Positions 29,922-39,826 of a DNA stretch of 64,000 bases are shown one piece after another. Location of the stretch: the NCBI GenBank assembly GCA_964485655.1, contig CAZAKC010000001.1, forward strand, positions 1,028-65,027. Reading direction: 5' to 3'. The stretch's first letter is position 1; every line of letters starts with the position of its first letter. The DNA is from an uncultured Desulfobacteraceae bacterium (GTDB lineage: Bacteria; Desulfobacterota; DSM-4660; Desulfatiglandales; Desulfatiglandaceae). A program made the position numbers and the translations under genes. The notes under the pieces were generated by a model. The model was given only the letters and a program-made list of their open reading frames with translations. It ran no database searches and was not told where the DNA came from.

Positions 29922-32279
29922 TCATTGGCCTTTTTTATGTTTCTTTTTGATTGCCATATACACTCTTTCCGGGACCAGAGGAAGCTCGTGTATCCTTACA
30001 CCTGTAGCATCATACACCGCATTGAGTATGGCGGGAATGGTAGGCATGATTGCTCCTTCGCCCACCTCTTTAGCTCCAAAAGGCCCATTTGGCTCATTGC
30101 TTTCCACAATGATGGTCTTTATGTCGGGGACGTCCAGCGAGGTTGGAACTTTGTATTCGCTCAGGTTTGGATTCAGGATCCTGCCCTCTGGGCCGAACTT
30201 GACCTCTTCAAAGAGTGCTTCACCAAGCCCCATAGAAAGGGAACCCTCCATTTGCCCTTCCACTGAAGTACGGTTGATTGCAAATCCGCAATCATGGGCA
30301 TCGGTCATGCCATCAATGATAACTTTACCCGTCTCCAGGTCTACCGTGACTTCAACCACTTCTGCGGAGCAACCATAGGCGGGAGATGTGCCCACCGTGG
30401 CTCCCTTGAAAGACCCCCCCAGTTTGGGTGGTTTGTATTTTCCCGTGCCAACAATTAGTCCCCTGCGTAGATATGCAAGTCTGGCTGCTTCCTTGAAAGT
30501 TAGGTAAGGATCCTCAGGCTGGTCTTTCCACCCCCTGTGCTCTCTTATATAACTCTGCCTTATCGGGGTAAAATCCACATTAGGCGTTTTGAATGTGACC
30601 TTTCCTTCCTTGATGTCGATTTCCTCCGGGTCAATCCCCAACTCCTGGGCAACAGCTTCTATAACCTGTTTCCTTGCTGCCTCAGCGGCCTCTTTCACCG
30701 CATGGCCACTCATCAGTGTCTGTCTGCTGGAGTAAGCCCCCAGGTCAACACCATACTCCGTGTCACCTGAATGGACCTTGACGTCCTCCAGCCTTACTCC
30801 AAGGGCCTCTGCAGCAATCATGGCAAGGACCGTATCTGAACCCTGCCCGATCTCTGCAGAGCCCGTGTAGAGGTTGACCGTTCCTCCATCCTCACTCAGC
30901 TTGATTGTAGCCGTTGAATGGTATGTATCAGAGCGATATATGGGGTAACCCGCACCCGAGACAAAGAAACCGCACGCCATCCCTATACCTTTTCCCTTGG
31001 GTAATCTTCCCTTTTTCTTTGCCCACTTCGACCCTTCCTTTACTGCTGCAATACACTCCTTCATCCCCAGGCTACTCATATTAAGCTCGTTACAGGTTAC
31101 ATCTCCTCGGCTCATAACATTCTTTAGCCTCATCTCTATTGGATCAATCCCTAGCTCTCCGGCAATAATGTCAAGCTGCTGCTCAAAAAGGGCGCGTGCA
31201 GCCACAGCACCATGGCCACGCTGGGCGCCACAGGCAGGTTTGTTCGTGTAAACCCTGTAGCCATCATACTTCATATTAGGGAGCTTGTAGGGCCCCCCAA
31301 GCATTGAGCCCGCATAGTATACCGTTGCAATCCCAAAGCTGGTATATGCCCCCCCATCCAAATAACATGAATGCTTCAAGGCCACCAATGTTCCGTCCTT
31401 TTTCACGCCGGTTGTCATCTCGTGGATGAACTGGTGCCTTGATCTACCGTGCATGAACACCTCTTCGCGGTCGTATATGATCTTTACAGGCTTTCCCGTA
31501 ATCTTGGACAGCAGCGCCGCGCTCATTTCTGCTGGTGTTGCCTCGGCCTTACTGCCAAAGCCCCCGCCCACGTAAGGTTTTACCACCCTTACCTTCCCCA
31601 CAGGGATTTCCAGCACCATGGCCACAGTACGCATTACATAGTGAGGAGTCTGGGTTGAGCTATATAGTGTCAGATTCCCCCACGGGTCGAAATCTGCAAC
31701 GCATCCGTGGGGTTCAAGGGCTCCTGATTCCTGTCGCTTGTTGATGAATTTATCTGATCGGATAAGATCACACTGTTTGAAGGCCGCATCCACATCTCCG
31801 AATTCCTGATGCACCTCTGCGCATATGTTTTTCGGAAACTCCTCATGAAGTATTGGGGCCCCTTCAGCCAACGCCTCCTCTATGGTCAACACCGCCGGCA
31901 GTTCCTCGTAGTCCACCCTGATAAGAGACAGGGCCTCGTGGGCAGTGTCAAGATCAACGGCCGCGACTGCCGCCACTTCGTCACCAATGTATCTCACCTT
32001 ATCAACACAGAACAGGGTCTCATCATAGCGTGCCGGGCTCACCCCGTATTTTACGACGCCCGCTTCTTTGGCTGTGACAACCGCTTTTACACCCGGCAGC
32101 CGCTGCGCCTTGGATGTATCAATATTTAATATCCTGGCATGGGCGACCGGGCTGTGCAAAATAGCCCCATAGAGCATTCCAGGGAGCTTCAGATCATCAA
32201 CGTATCTTGCCCTGCCCGTAGCCTTATCAGGGGCATCCAGACGTGGTGCCCTTCGGTTGATTACACTGTATTGTGTCAT
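29922..32279 (-). CDS. Xanthine dehydrogenase-family molybdopterin-binding large subunit
   Basis: 785 aa, VGGGFGSK, QRGHG, C-terminal GAKEVGEGAI (catalytic Glu region). No CODH-type AYRCSFR loop seen. Confidence 0.9.
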   Translation of the reverse strand: MTQYSVINRRAPRLDAPDKATGRARYVDDLKLPGMLYGAILHSPVAHARILNIDTSKAQRLPGVKAVVTAKEAGVVKYGVSPARYDETLFCVDKVRYIGDEVAAVAAVDLDTAHEALSLIRVDYEELPAVLTIEEALAEGAPILHEEFPKNICAEVHQEFGDVDAAFKQCDLIRSDKFINKRQESGALEPHGCVADFDPWGNLTLYSSTQTPHYVMRTVAMVLEIPVGKVRVVKPYVGGGFGSKAEATPAEMSAALLSKITGKPVKIIYDREEVFMHGRSRHQFIHEMTTGVKKDGTLVALKHSCYLDGGAYTSFGIATVYYAGSMLGGPYKLPNMKYDGYRVYTNKPACGAQRGHGAVAARALFEQQLDIIAGELGIDPIEMRLKNVMSRGDVTCNELNMSSLGMKECIAAVKEGSKWAKKKGRLPKGKGIGMACGFFVSGAGYPIYRSDTYHSTATIKLSEDGGTVNLYTGSAEIGQGSDTVLAMIAAEALGVRLEDVKVHSGDTEYGVDLGAYSSRQTLMSGHAVKEAAEAARKQVIEAVAQELGIDPEEIDIKEGKVTFKTPNVDFTPIRQSYIREHRGWKDQPEDPYLTFKEAARLAYLRRGLIVGTGKYKPPKLGGSFKGATVGTSPAYGCSAEVVEVTVDLETGKVIIDGMTDAHDCGFAINRTSVEGQMEGSLSMGLGEALFEEVKFGPEGRILNPNLSEYKVPTSLDVPDIKTIIVESNEPNGPFGAKEVGEGAIMPTIPAILNAVYDATGVRIHELPLVPERVYMAIKKKHKKGQ

Positions 32280-32292
32280 TTTAGCCCCCTTT

Positions 32293-32769
32293 TTACTCTT
32301 TTCTTAACATTTCCACTGATGCAGCCTCAATAGCATCAACGATTTTCTGATATCCCGTACACCTGCACAGATTGCCTGAAATGGCCTTTCTTATTTCCTC
32401 CCTGTCAGGGGCGGGATTCTTGTCCAGGAAACTTTTAGCTGTTAATATCATACCCGGAGTACAGAACCCACACTGGATCGCCCCCTTTTCCACAAAGGCC
32501 TTTTGGATGGGATGAAGCCCCTCAGGGCTTTCCAGCCCCTCAATTGTCTGAATTTCGCGCCCGTGTGCCTGCACTGCAAGAACCAGACACGAGTTAACCG
32601 CTCTACCATCCATCAGAACCGTACACGACCCGCAATCACCCACCTCGCAACCCTTCTTGGTGCCGATAAGGTCTAGTTCGTTGCGCAGGAAATCCACGAG
32701 TGTCTGGTTAGGACTGACGGCCACCTCATATACCTTTCCATTAACTTTCAGGGAAATTAATTTTTTCAT
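32293..32769 (-). CDS. [2Fe-2S]-binding small subunit of the molybdenum enzyme
   Basis: GCEVGDCGSCTV (plant-type cluster) and CGFCTPG...CRCTGY (second cluster). Confidence 0.9.
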   Translation of the reverse strand: MKKLISLKVNGKVYEVAVSPNQTLVDFLRNELDLIGTKKGCEVGDCGSCTVLMDGRAVNSCLVLAVQAHGREIQTIEGLESPEGLHPIQKAFVEKGAIQCGFCTPGMILTAKSFLDKNPAPDREEIRKAISGNLCRCTGYQKIVDAIEAASVEMLRKE

Positions 32770-32797
32770 AATTCGCCCTCTCTATTATTAGTAGGTG

Positions 32798-33676
32798 TTA
32801 TTTCTTCGTTGCTTCCTCATAGGCTGCCATCAATGCCCTCTTTGTAAGGACTTTAACCATATCTCTTCGATACTCAGCCGAGGCCCTGTAATCATCGATT
32901 GGTTTTGCATCCCTAGCTGCAGCCTCCGCAGCTCTGGTAAATAACGCACCGTCTGGCCTGCCGTCCCTGATAGCCTCCTCTGCAGAAGGCGCACGAATGG
33001 GCGTTGGAGCCACAGCGCCCAGGACTACTCTAGCTTCGGCAATGTGCGAGCCATCTTCGTCCAATTGAACGAATGCAGCTACGTTTACAATCGAAATCTC
33101 AAGCGCCCGTCTGACACCAAGCTTTATATAGTGGGCGCCATAGGCCTCCTTTGGCACTGGCACTGCTATCTCGGAGATCAGCTCTTCGGGTTTCATGATC
33201 GTCTCACCTGGTCCTGTGAACAGGTCTTGTACCGCCACCATGCGCCGCCCCTCTTTGCTCATCAGATTCACCATCGCCCCATAGGCGATAAGAGACGGAG
33301 GTAGGTCGGCGGCAGGCCTGGCAGAGCAAAGGTTGCCGCCTATTGTGGCAAGATTGCGAATCAAAGGAGAGCCCAGATTACCTGCACCCATAGCCAGAGC
33401 GCCCAAGGCCTTTCCCAAGTCATCGGAGCTAGCAATGTCAGCCACCTTCTCGGCAGCCCCTATCCTGATTTCAGCATCAGACAAGCCTATCCCCTTCATC
33501 TCCTCTACCCTGTCTACGCATACGAGGTGCTCGGGACTCAGGAGCTTTTTCTTCATGTTCACAAGCAGGTCTGTGCCACCGGCCAAGGCCTTAGCTTTAC
33601 CTGAAAATTCGGCCATGAATTCGCAGGCCTCGGACAGTGTCTTGGGTTCATGATACTCAAATTGTGGCAGTAACAT
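32798..33676 (-). CDS. FAD-binding medium subunit (CoxM/XdhB-like) of the molybdenum enzyme
   Basis: LAGGTDL, ATIGGNL, C-terminal CO-dehydrogenase flavoprotein-like domain. Only three Cys residues in total. Confidence 0.85.
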   Translation of the reverse strand: MLLPQFEYHEPKTLSEACEFMAEFSGKAKALAGGTDLLVNMKKKLLSPEHLVCVDRVEEMKGIGLSDAEIRIGAAEKVADIASSDDLGKALGALAMGAGNLGSPLIRNLATIGGNLCSARPAADLPPSLIAYGAMVNLMSKEGRRMVAVQDLFTGPGETIMKPEELISEIAVPVPKEAYGAHYIKLGVRRALEISIVNVAAFVQLDEDGSHIAEARVVLGAVAPTPIRAPSAEEAIRDGRPDGALFTRAAEAAARDAKPIDDYRASAEYRRDMVKVLTKRALMAAYEEATKK

Positions 33677-33702
33677 ATCCCACTCTCCCTTTTCTTGAAT
33701 GT

Positions 33703-34464
33703 TTATTCAAAAACGCCCAGCCGCTGCTGTATATTCCTCGCCGCTTGGGCCAACAATGCAGCGACCTTGACAATCTCATCATCCTTAATCTGACTGCTCA
33801 ACCCCACGACCCATATGGCTGACAAGGTTCCGGTGTTCTCCGTCCGTAGAGGTACTGCTATGGCCCTTATTCCTTCAATGTACTCCTCATCGTCAAGGGC
33901 AAATCCTCTCGCTCTGGTCTGCCTAACTGCCTCGTAGTACCTGGAAGGGTCGGTGCAGGACCTTGGTGTATACGCTCTCAGCTCTTTTCGGCCTAGGATC
34001 TCTATCACCTTCTCATCGGGCATCTGTGCCAGAAAGACCTTTCCCGTGGCACCGGCAAGCAGGGGAATACGCATGCCAACTTCAGAGGACACCTTTATAT
34101 CCACTGGGGAGTCTACTTTGTCAATTATACTAACCCTGTCTCCTGCCTTTATGCCAAGGAATGAGGAAAGTCTTGTCTGTTCTGTAACATTTTCGAGCCA
34201 TGGGTGAGCGAGCTCAACAAGATCGAAACTCTGCGAGGCACGCTTACCAAGAGTGTACAGGCGTGGGCCAAGAAAGAATTTTCCGTTTTTCCCATTTGTC
34301 AAGACCCCGAGGGACGCAAGGGTATGTACAATATTGAAAACCGTGCTCTTGTTATATCCCAGGGTCCTGGCTGACTCACTTATCCCAATGCCTCCACTCG
34401 ACCTGGACGCTAGATCCAATATTCTGAAGCACTTATCTAGTGCAGGAACACGCTTAAATTCCAC
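33703..34464 (-). CDS. IclR-family transcriptional regulator
   Basis: N-terminal wHTH (LDKCFRILDLAS...ISESARTLGYNKSTVFNIVHTL) and C-terminal IclR effector domain. Confidence 0.85.
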   Translation of the reverse strand: MEFKRVPALDKCFRILDLASRSSGGIGISESARTLGYNKSTVFNIVHTLASLGVLTNGKNGKFFLGPRLYTLGKRASQSFDLVELAHPWLENVTEQTRLSSFLGIKAGDRVSIIDKVDSPVDIKVSSEVGMRIPLLAGATGKVFLAQMPDEKVIEILGRKELRAYTPRSCTDPSRYYEAVRQTRARGFALDDEEYIEGIRAIAVPLRTENTGTLSAIWVVGLSSQIKDDEIVKVAALLAQAARNIQQRLGVFE

Positions 34465-34484
34465 AGTCGCTCCACGGGTTTGGG

Positions 34485-34513
34485 TTTCTATAGGAAACTA
34501 TCGTTTTCTATAG
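34485..34513. promoter_or_regulatory. Direct repeat TTTCTATAG x2 (20-nt register), candidate IclR operator
   Basis: Identical 9-mers at 34485-34493 and 34505-34513. Each contains the palindrome CTATAG. They lie 21-49 nt upstream of the iclR start codon, within the 145-nt gap after dctM. Confidence 0.35.
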
Positions 34514-34609
34514 CAGTCAAAGGCAAAAAATGTCAAGCCAAAAACCCCGCCACCTGTAGCAGTCCACTACCTTGGCCAGCGCTCTAATTCTATGGTGGCG
34601 CATGTCGTC

Positions 34610-35923
34610 TCAGTACATTAGGTTAGGGAGGAAAAGAATGAGCTTTGGAAATGCTATGAGAATAATAACCCCTACAATGACAGCGAGCAGAAAAGGGAAA
34701 ATCCCTTTAAAAATAGTCTCAAGGGGAACTTCTCCTATCACGCTCCGCGCCACCCCAAAGACCACATATACGTTGATGCCCACCGGTGGAGTTATAACAC
34801 CCATTTCAGTGACCATAACGATTATGATGCCAAACCATATGGGATCATAGCCCAAACTGCTTACCAGTGGAAAGAACACTGGGACGGTCAGCATCACGAA
34901 TGCCAAGGCATCCATGAAGCACCCCCCGAGGAAATAAATAAAGACTATAATACCCATTATCATGTAACGGGGTAATTCAAAGCCCCCCACCCAAGTGGCA
35001 ATATTAAATGGGATTCGCGTAACAGCCAGAAACTTCCCGAATATAACGGCACCTGTGATAAGCATCATGACCATGCATGATGTCCTTAGTGTTTCATACA
35101 AGGATTTAACAAATCCTTGCCATGTGAGCTGCCTGCGAATCACAGACAAGGCCAGAACCCCAAAGGCCCCCACTGCCGCGGCCTCTGTAGGAGTAAATAT
35201 CCCAAAAAATAGCCCCCCTATCACAAGGACAAATACTGCCAGGGTCTCGCTCATGTACCACAAAGACCTCAACCTTTCAGGCCAGGAAAATTTCTCCCCT
35301 GGGGGGCCCTGCTCAGGATGTCTCTTGCACCTGATGTATATGGATATGATAAAGAGGATCGTAACAAGGATGGCCGGAATGATACCGGCCACAAAAAGCT
35401 TGCCTATGGATTGCTCGGTGAGGATACCGTAAACGATGAGCACGATGCTCGGGGGCATGATCATACCAAGGCCCCCACCAGAGGCCACTGCACCCGTAGC
35501 CAGTTCATCGGCATAATTGTAGCGCTTCATTTCCGGAAGCCCTACAGTAGCCATTGTTGCCGCTGTGGCAGGTGAGGAGCCGCACACGGCGCCAAAGGCG
35601 GTACAAGCTGAAACGGTCGCCATGGCCAGGCCACCACGCACACTGCCCAGGTATTTATAAGCAGCGTCATAGAGCCTGCGACTAATGCCACTGTTAAAAG
35701 CCAATTGCCCCATTAACACGAAAAGCGGGATAGTAGTCAGGCCATAGGACGAAAAGACTTCATACACATTGCGCGATAAAAGCGCCAGGCCGCCTTTCCA
35801 CGAAACCATAACGCTGAAACCGAGATACCCCACAAGGGCCATAACATAAGCTACCGGCATCCTTGTGAGGAAGATTATGATCATCACCACAATGCCGATA
35901 ATACCAATTAACGTTGCATCCAT
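34610..35923 (-). CDS. dctM: TRAP transporter large permease
   Basis: 437-aa polytopic membrane protein of typical DctM length. Placed 2 nt after the DctQ-type gene. Confidence 0.9.
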   Translation of the reverse strand: MDATLIGIIGIVVMIIIFLTRMPVAYVMALVGYLGFSVMVSWKGGLALLSRNVYEVFSSYGLTTIPLFVLMGQLAFNSGISRRLYDAAYKYLGSVRGGLAMATVSACTAFGAVCGSSPATAATMATVGLPEMKRYNYADELATGAVASGGGLGMIMPPSIVLIVYGILTEQSIGKLFVAGIIPAILVTILFIISIYIRCKRHPEQGPPGEKFSWPERLRSLWYMSETLAVFVLVIGGLFFGIFTPTEAAAVGAFGVLALSVIRRQLTWQGFVKSLYETLRTSCMVMMLITGAVIFGKFLAVTRIPFNIATWVGGFELPRYMIMGIIVFIYFLGGCFMDALAFVMLTVPVFFPLVSSLGYDPIWFGIIIVMVTEMGVITPPVGINVYVVFGVARSVIGEVPLETIFKGIFPFLLAVIVGVIILIAFPKLILFLPNLMY

Positions 35924-35925
35924 AG

Positions 35926-36408
35926 CTACTTTTTCAGTTTCTTTATGTTTTCAACGACGTCCGAGATGATTATTATCACGAAGACCAAGAAACAAAAAGC
36001 CACAGCATATACAATGGTATATTCCGGAAATTCCAGGTTCATCGACACTTCCCCTGACCTGTGCAGATCCAGCGCATACGCGGTCATCCGCCAGGTGACA
36101 ATTGAAAACAGGAGGAAACTCAGGATACTCGTAAAGATATCCAGAACGGTTTGCAGCCTGGGCTTCAGTAGACGAAATACAATCTCCACCCCTATGTGAC
36201 CCTTTACCTTTTGAGTGTAAGGCAGGGCCATCGCCACTGAAAGGGTAGACATGTAGCCCACCAACTCCACTGATCCGAAAATGGGGTGGCGGAAAAAGCG
36301 GCCCACAACATCAACACACGTCAACCCCATCATTCCAGCCAGGCAGCAGGCCCCTATTCCCTTTTGCTTATCCAGAACCCAGTCGATTACTCGCCAGAAT
36401 CCTTTCAT
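35926..36408 (-). CDS. dctQ: TRAP transporter small permease
   Basis: 160 aa with four predicted TM segments, positioned between the DctP-type and DctM-type genes. Confidence 0.8.
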   Translation of the reverse strand: MKGFWRVIDWVLDKQKGIGACCLAGMMGLTCVDVVGRFFRHPIFGSVELVGYMSTLSVAMALPYTQKVKGHIGVEIVFRLLKPRLQTVLDIFTSILSFLLFSIVTWRMTAYALDLHRSGEVSMNLEFPEYTIVYAVAFCFLVFVIIIISDVVENIKKLKK

Positions 36409-36467
36409 ATCTTGCTCACAAAAATGGGGCCGGAAATGTTCATTCCGACCCCTTTTTAGGTTTTAAT

Positions 36468-37490
36468 TTACTTTAGGCTCTCTAAGACATTCATTGTGTA
36501 ATCAACAATCTCTTTGCCATTAAAACCTTTCTTATTCATACCATCTATATATTCCTGGATCACAGGAGCAGCCGCCTTTTTCCATCTGGCCTGTTCCCTT
36601 TTATCAAGACCGATAATCTGGTTGCCCTGGTTGAGGAAAAACCTGATCCCTGCCATATCACTCTTATCCCATGCCTCTCCGTGCTTGATGGCCCATTCCT
36701 TGTTGATCTCCTCTATAATGTTCTTGATGTCTGCAGGGAGAGAGTTCCATTTATCCTTGTTCATCACCACAAAGAATGTCGTAGTGTAAGCTACAGAGTA
36801 AGCCGCCGTACAATAATCAACAACTTCTCCCAGCTTCCACCCTTTGTTGGCCTCAAAAGGATAACAGGCACCATCCACTACGCCTTTCTGCAACATCTGG
36901 TAGCATTCGGGCATGGGTTTCGGTACGGGCACGGCACCCAGGGCCTTCATTACCTTTGCACTGGTTCCGTGAGATCTTATCTTTAGGCCCCTCATATCTT
37001 CAATCCTGCGGACTGGTTTCTTTCTAGTAAAAATGAGACCAGGACCGTGGGCATGGAGGTACATCACCTTGGTGTCCATCAGTTCTTTTGGCATGAAATG
37101 CTTATAGACAGCGTTTGCTACCGCGGTGGCCACCTTTCCGCTCGTGTAGCCCAGTGGCAGATCCACCACCGACATCACAGGAAATCTTCCCCGGGTATAT
37201 GCCAAAACCGAAAAACCAATATCGGACAGACCTGTTACGACACCGTCATAACATTGTCTGGCCTTGGTTAGGGTCTGACCAGGAAAGTATTCAATCTTGA
37301 CTCTGCCGTTGGTGCGTTTCTCCACCTCTCTGCACCATGCCTCTGCGAGTTTACTTTGTATGTGAGTTGGAGGGAAAAAATTGCTGTAAGTAAGTTTGAT
37401 GGGGCCAGCGGTGGCCTTTGTACCACCCACCATAACAAATGCCACCCCAATTACAAGGGCCAGCGCAAATATAAAAAATCTATTCTTCAT
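36468..37490 (-). CDS. dctP: TRAP transporter substrate-binding protein (DctP family)
   Basis: Signal peptide, 340 aa, first gene of a P-Q-M arrangement. Confidence 0.85.
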   Translation of the reverse strand: MKNRFFIFALALVIGVAFVMVGGTKATAGPIKLTYSNFFPPTHIQSKLAEAWCREVEKRTNGRVKIEYFPGQTLTKARQCYDGVVTGLSDIGFSVLAYTRGRFPVMSVVDLPLGYTSGKVATAVANAVYKHFMPKELMDTKVMYLHAHGPGLIFTRKKPVRRIEDMRGLKIRSHGTSAKVMKALGAVPVPKPMPECYQMLQKGVVDGACYPFEANKGWKLGEVVDYCTAAYSVAYTTTFFVVMNKDKWNSLPADIKNIIEEINKEWAIKHGEAWDKSDMAGIRFFLNQGNQIIGLDKREQARWKKAAAPVIQEYIDGMNKKGFNGKEIVDYTMNVLESLK

Positions 37491-37697
37491 CTCAACTCCT
37501 CCTTGGTTAAAAATGGATCACCACTCAAGGTTTATTCCGAGGCACCACGGTTGCGCATCCCACCCCCTTTCAGGCCAACAGATAAGCATACCTCTTCTTG
37601 CAACCACCGAGAATGGTTACAAGAGACCACTTCTCTGCCTCTATTATAACAATTAGGCCTACAAAACAAGTAAAAACTGGGTTCCCGCCCCAATGTG

Positions 37698-38294
37698 TCA
37701 GACTTCCACAGATGCCAAGTAATTGCTGATTGCAGCATCATAGGCCGATGTAAGGCGGAAAACCTTCCTTGCCAGTTCAAATCGGGTACTGAGGGAAGTC
37801 TGTCCCCCTAAGGCCTTCATTTCCTCCAGAACCCGCTCATAATCTTTCGGGTCCACAACCACTGTCACGTATCTAAAATTCTTGGCTGCAGAGCGCAGCA
37901 TGGATGGCCCCCCTATGTCAATATTTTCGACAGCCTCCTGCAGTGTTACCCCTTCTTTCTGGACGGTTTTCTCAAATTGGTAGAGATTAACAACAACAAG
38001 ATCAATAGGCTTTATCCCATGGTCTTCCATGGCCCTGACATGAGCGGGGTTGTCTCTCAAGGCCAGCAATCCTCCGTGTACCTTCGGATGGAGGGTCTTC
38101 ACCCTGCCATCCATCATTTCTGGAAAGCCCGTATATTCGGATATGTCCCTTACCCTTACGCCCGCATGCCTCAGAACTCTTGCAGTGCCCCCCGTGGATA
38201 AAATCTCCACTCCAAGGTTGCTCAGTTCTTGCGCGAATTCGGCCACGCCCGACTTATCCGTAACACTGATAATTGCCCGCGTTATTCTTGCCAT
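37698..38294 (-). CDS. purH: Stand-alone IMP cyclohydrolase (N-terminal MGS-like domain of PurH only)
   Basis: [55 protein letters not shown]. The ORF stops where the AICAR transformylase domain would begin. Start at the ATG at 38294 (AGGAGG 6 nt upstream); the ORF track extends to 38360. Confidence 0.85.
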   Translation of the reverse strand: MARITRAIISVTDKSGVAEFAQELSNLGVEILSTGGTARVLRHAGVRVRDISEYTGFPEMMDGRVKTLHPKVHGGLLALRDNPAHVRAMEDHGIKPIDLVVVNLYQFEKTVQKEGVTLQEAVENIDIGGPSMLRSAAKNFRYVTVVVDPKDYERVLEEMKALGGQTSLSTRFELARKVFRLTSAYDAAISNYLASVEV

Positions 38295-38579
38295 TTCCAG
38301 CCTCCTAGCCACGTCTTTTTCCAAAAATGGAGTATTGTAGGCTTTGCCCTTATAATCCAAAAAACCACCTTAATCAAGGGCTACCTATGCGTGCTGGGTG
38401 AGCCGATTATGCTGCCCTTTAAGCCAGTTTTTCATAGCAGGGACGAGTATAAGCTTAGGGGCTGTGTCCGTAGTAATTTGGTTTAGTACTTCCAATTTTG
38501 GCCCCTCAATGTTAGTTTGACGGACACATGACCCTTGCACACGTTTCATAAATAAATAGTCTTCATAAGGAGGTACAAA

Positions 38580-39815
38580 TTGGCGGAGGCAAACATTATT
38601 TGTTTCAACGATGGCACCTTGGAAGTGCCTGATTTACCTGTTATCCCTTTTATTGAAGGAGATGGCATAGGCCCTGACATCTGGCGTGCTACCAAGAGCG
38701 TACTGGATGCCGCAGTGGAGCTTGTATGGAACGGCAAGCGCAAGATCATCTGGAAAGAAATACTCGCTGGCGAGAAGGCTTATAGAAATACTGGTAGCTG
38801 GCTGCCGAGCGAGACTCTCCAGGCATTGAGGACGTACCGGGTAGGGATAAAGGGTCCTCTTACCACTCCCGTTGGAGGTGGTATAAGGAGCCTCAATGTA
38901 GCTCTTCGCCAACAACTCGATCTCTATGCATGTGTACGACCTGTACGACATTATCCGGGCGTTCCAAGTCCCATAAAAGATCCCGACAAGGTGAACATGG
39001 TGGTATTCAGGGAAAATACAGAGGATGTTTATGCAGGGATGGAGATACAAGCGCAGACAGATAAAGCAAAGGCTCTCATAGAGTATCTCCGCGATACCTA
39101 TGGGTGGGAGATTCCGCCCGATGCAGGTATTGGCATCAAGCCAATAAGCAAGGCCCGTAGCCAAAGATTAGTCAAAGCAGCTATTGAATATGCCTTGGAG
39201 CAAAAAAGGAAAAGTATTACACTTGTCCACAAGGGAAACATTCAAAAATTTACTGAAGGAGCCTTTCGCCAATGGGGCTATGAGATTGCAGAAGAACTCT
39301 ACCCAGAAGTGACCGTCAGTGCTGACCGCTGCAACGGCACGCCGCCCCATGGAAAGATCCTGATCAAAGACACCATCGCCGACATATTTTTCCAACAGGC
39401 GCTAACAAGACCCGATGAATTTGATGTAGTAGCAACCACGAATCTCAATGGGGACTATATCTCAGATGCCCTGGCAGCCCAGGTAGGAGGAGTGGGAATG
39501 GCCCCCGGGGCCAACATCAACTATGAAAGCGGCTATGCATTGTTCGAGGCAACTCACGGGACCGCGCCAAAATACGCTGGGCTGGACAAGGTTAATCCGT
39601 CCTCATTAATCCTCAGCGGTTGCATGATGCTCAGGTACATGGGCTGGCAAGAGGCTGCGCAGCTCACTGAAACGGCCCTGGCACAGGCATTTCAGAATAA
39701 AACAGTCACGTATGACCTGGCGAGGCTGATGCCAGGGGCCACAGAAGTGTCCTGCTCCGAATTTGCGCAGATAGTTTGTGGCAATATGAAGACCGCTTAC
39801 AGTCAACAAATATAG
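38580..39815 (+). CDS. icd: NADP-dependent isocitrate dehydrogenase
   Basis: [59 protein letters not shown] start 6 nt after AAGGAGG. Confidence 0.9.
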   Translation: MAEANIICFNDGTLEVPDLPVIPFIEGDGIGPDIWRATKSVLDAAVELVWNGKRKIIWKEILAGEKAYRNTGSWLPSETLQALRTYRVGIKGPLTTPVGGGIRSLNVALRQQLDLYACVRPVRHYPGVPSPIKDPDKVNMVVFRENTEDVYAGMEIQAQTDKAKALIEYLRDTYGWEIPPDAGIGIKPISKARSQRLVKAAIEYALEQKRKSITLVHKGNIQKFTEGAFRQWGYEIAEELYPEVTVSADRCNGTPPHGKILIKDTIADIFFQQALTRPDEFDVVATTNLNGDYISDALAAQVGGVGMAPGANINYESGYALFEATHGTAPKYAGLDKVNPSSLILSGCMMLRYMGWQEAAQLTETALAQAFQNKTVTYDLARLMPGATEVSCSEFAQIVCGNMKTAYSQQI

Positions 39816-39826
39816 CCAGAAGCAGT

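Noticed and set aside
29922-33676. Calling the Mo-enzyme 4-hydroxybenzoyl-CoA reductase (HcrABC) or CO dehydrogenase
   Set aside because: The FAD subunit has only three Cys and no [4Fe-4S] insertion. The large subunit lacks the CODH active-site loop. A family-level call is all the sequence supports.
37541-37554. Sigma54-like GGCAC-N5-TTGC element between the IMP cyclohydrolase gene and dctP
   Set aside because: It lies on the + strand, while both flanking genes are on the - strand. No + strand gene follows for about 1 kb. I found no matching element on the - strand upstream of dctP. It is probably a chance match.
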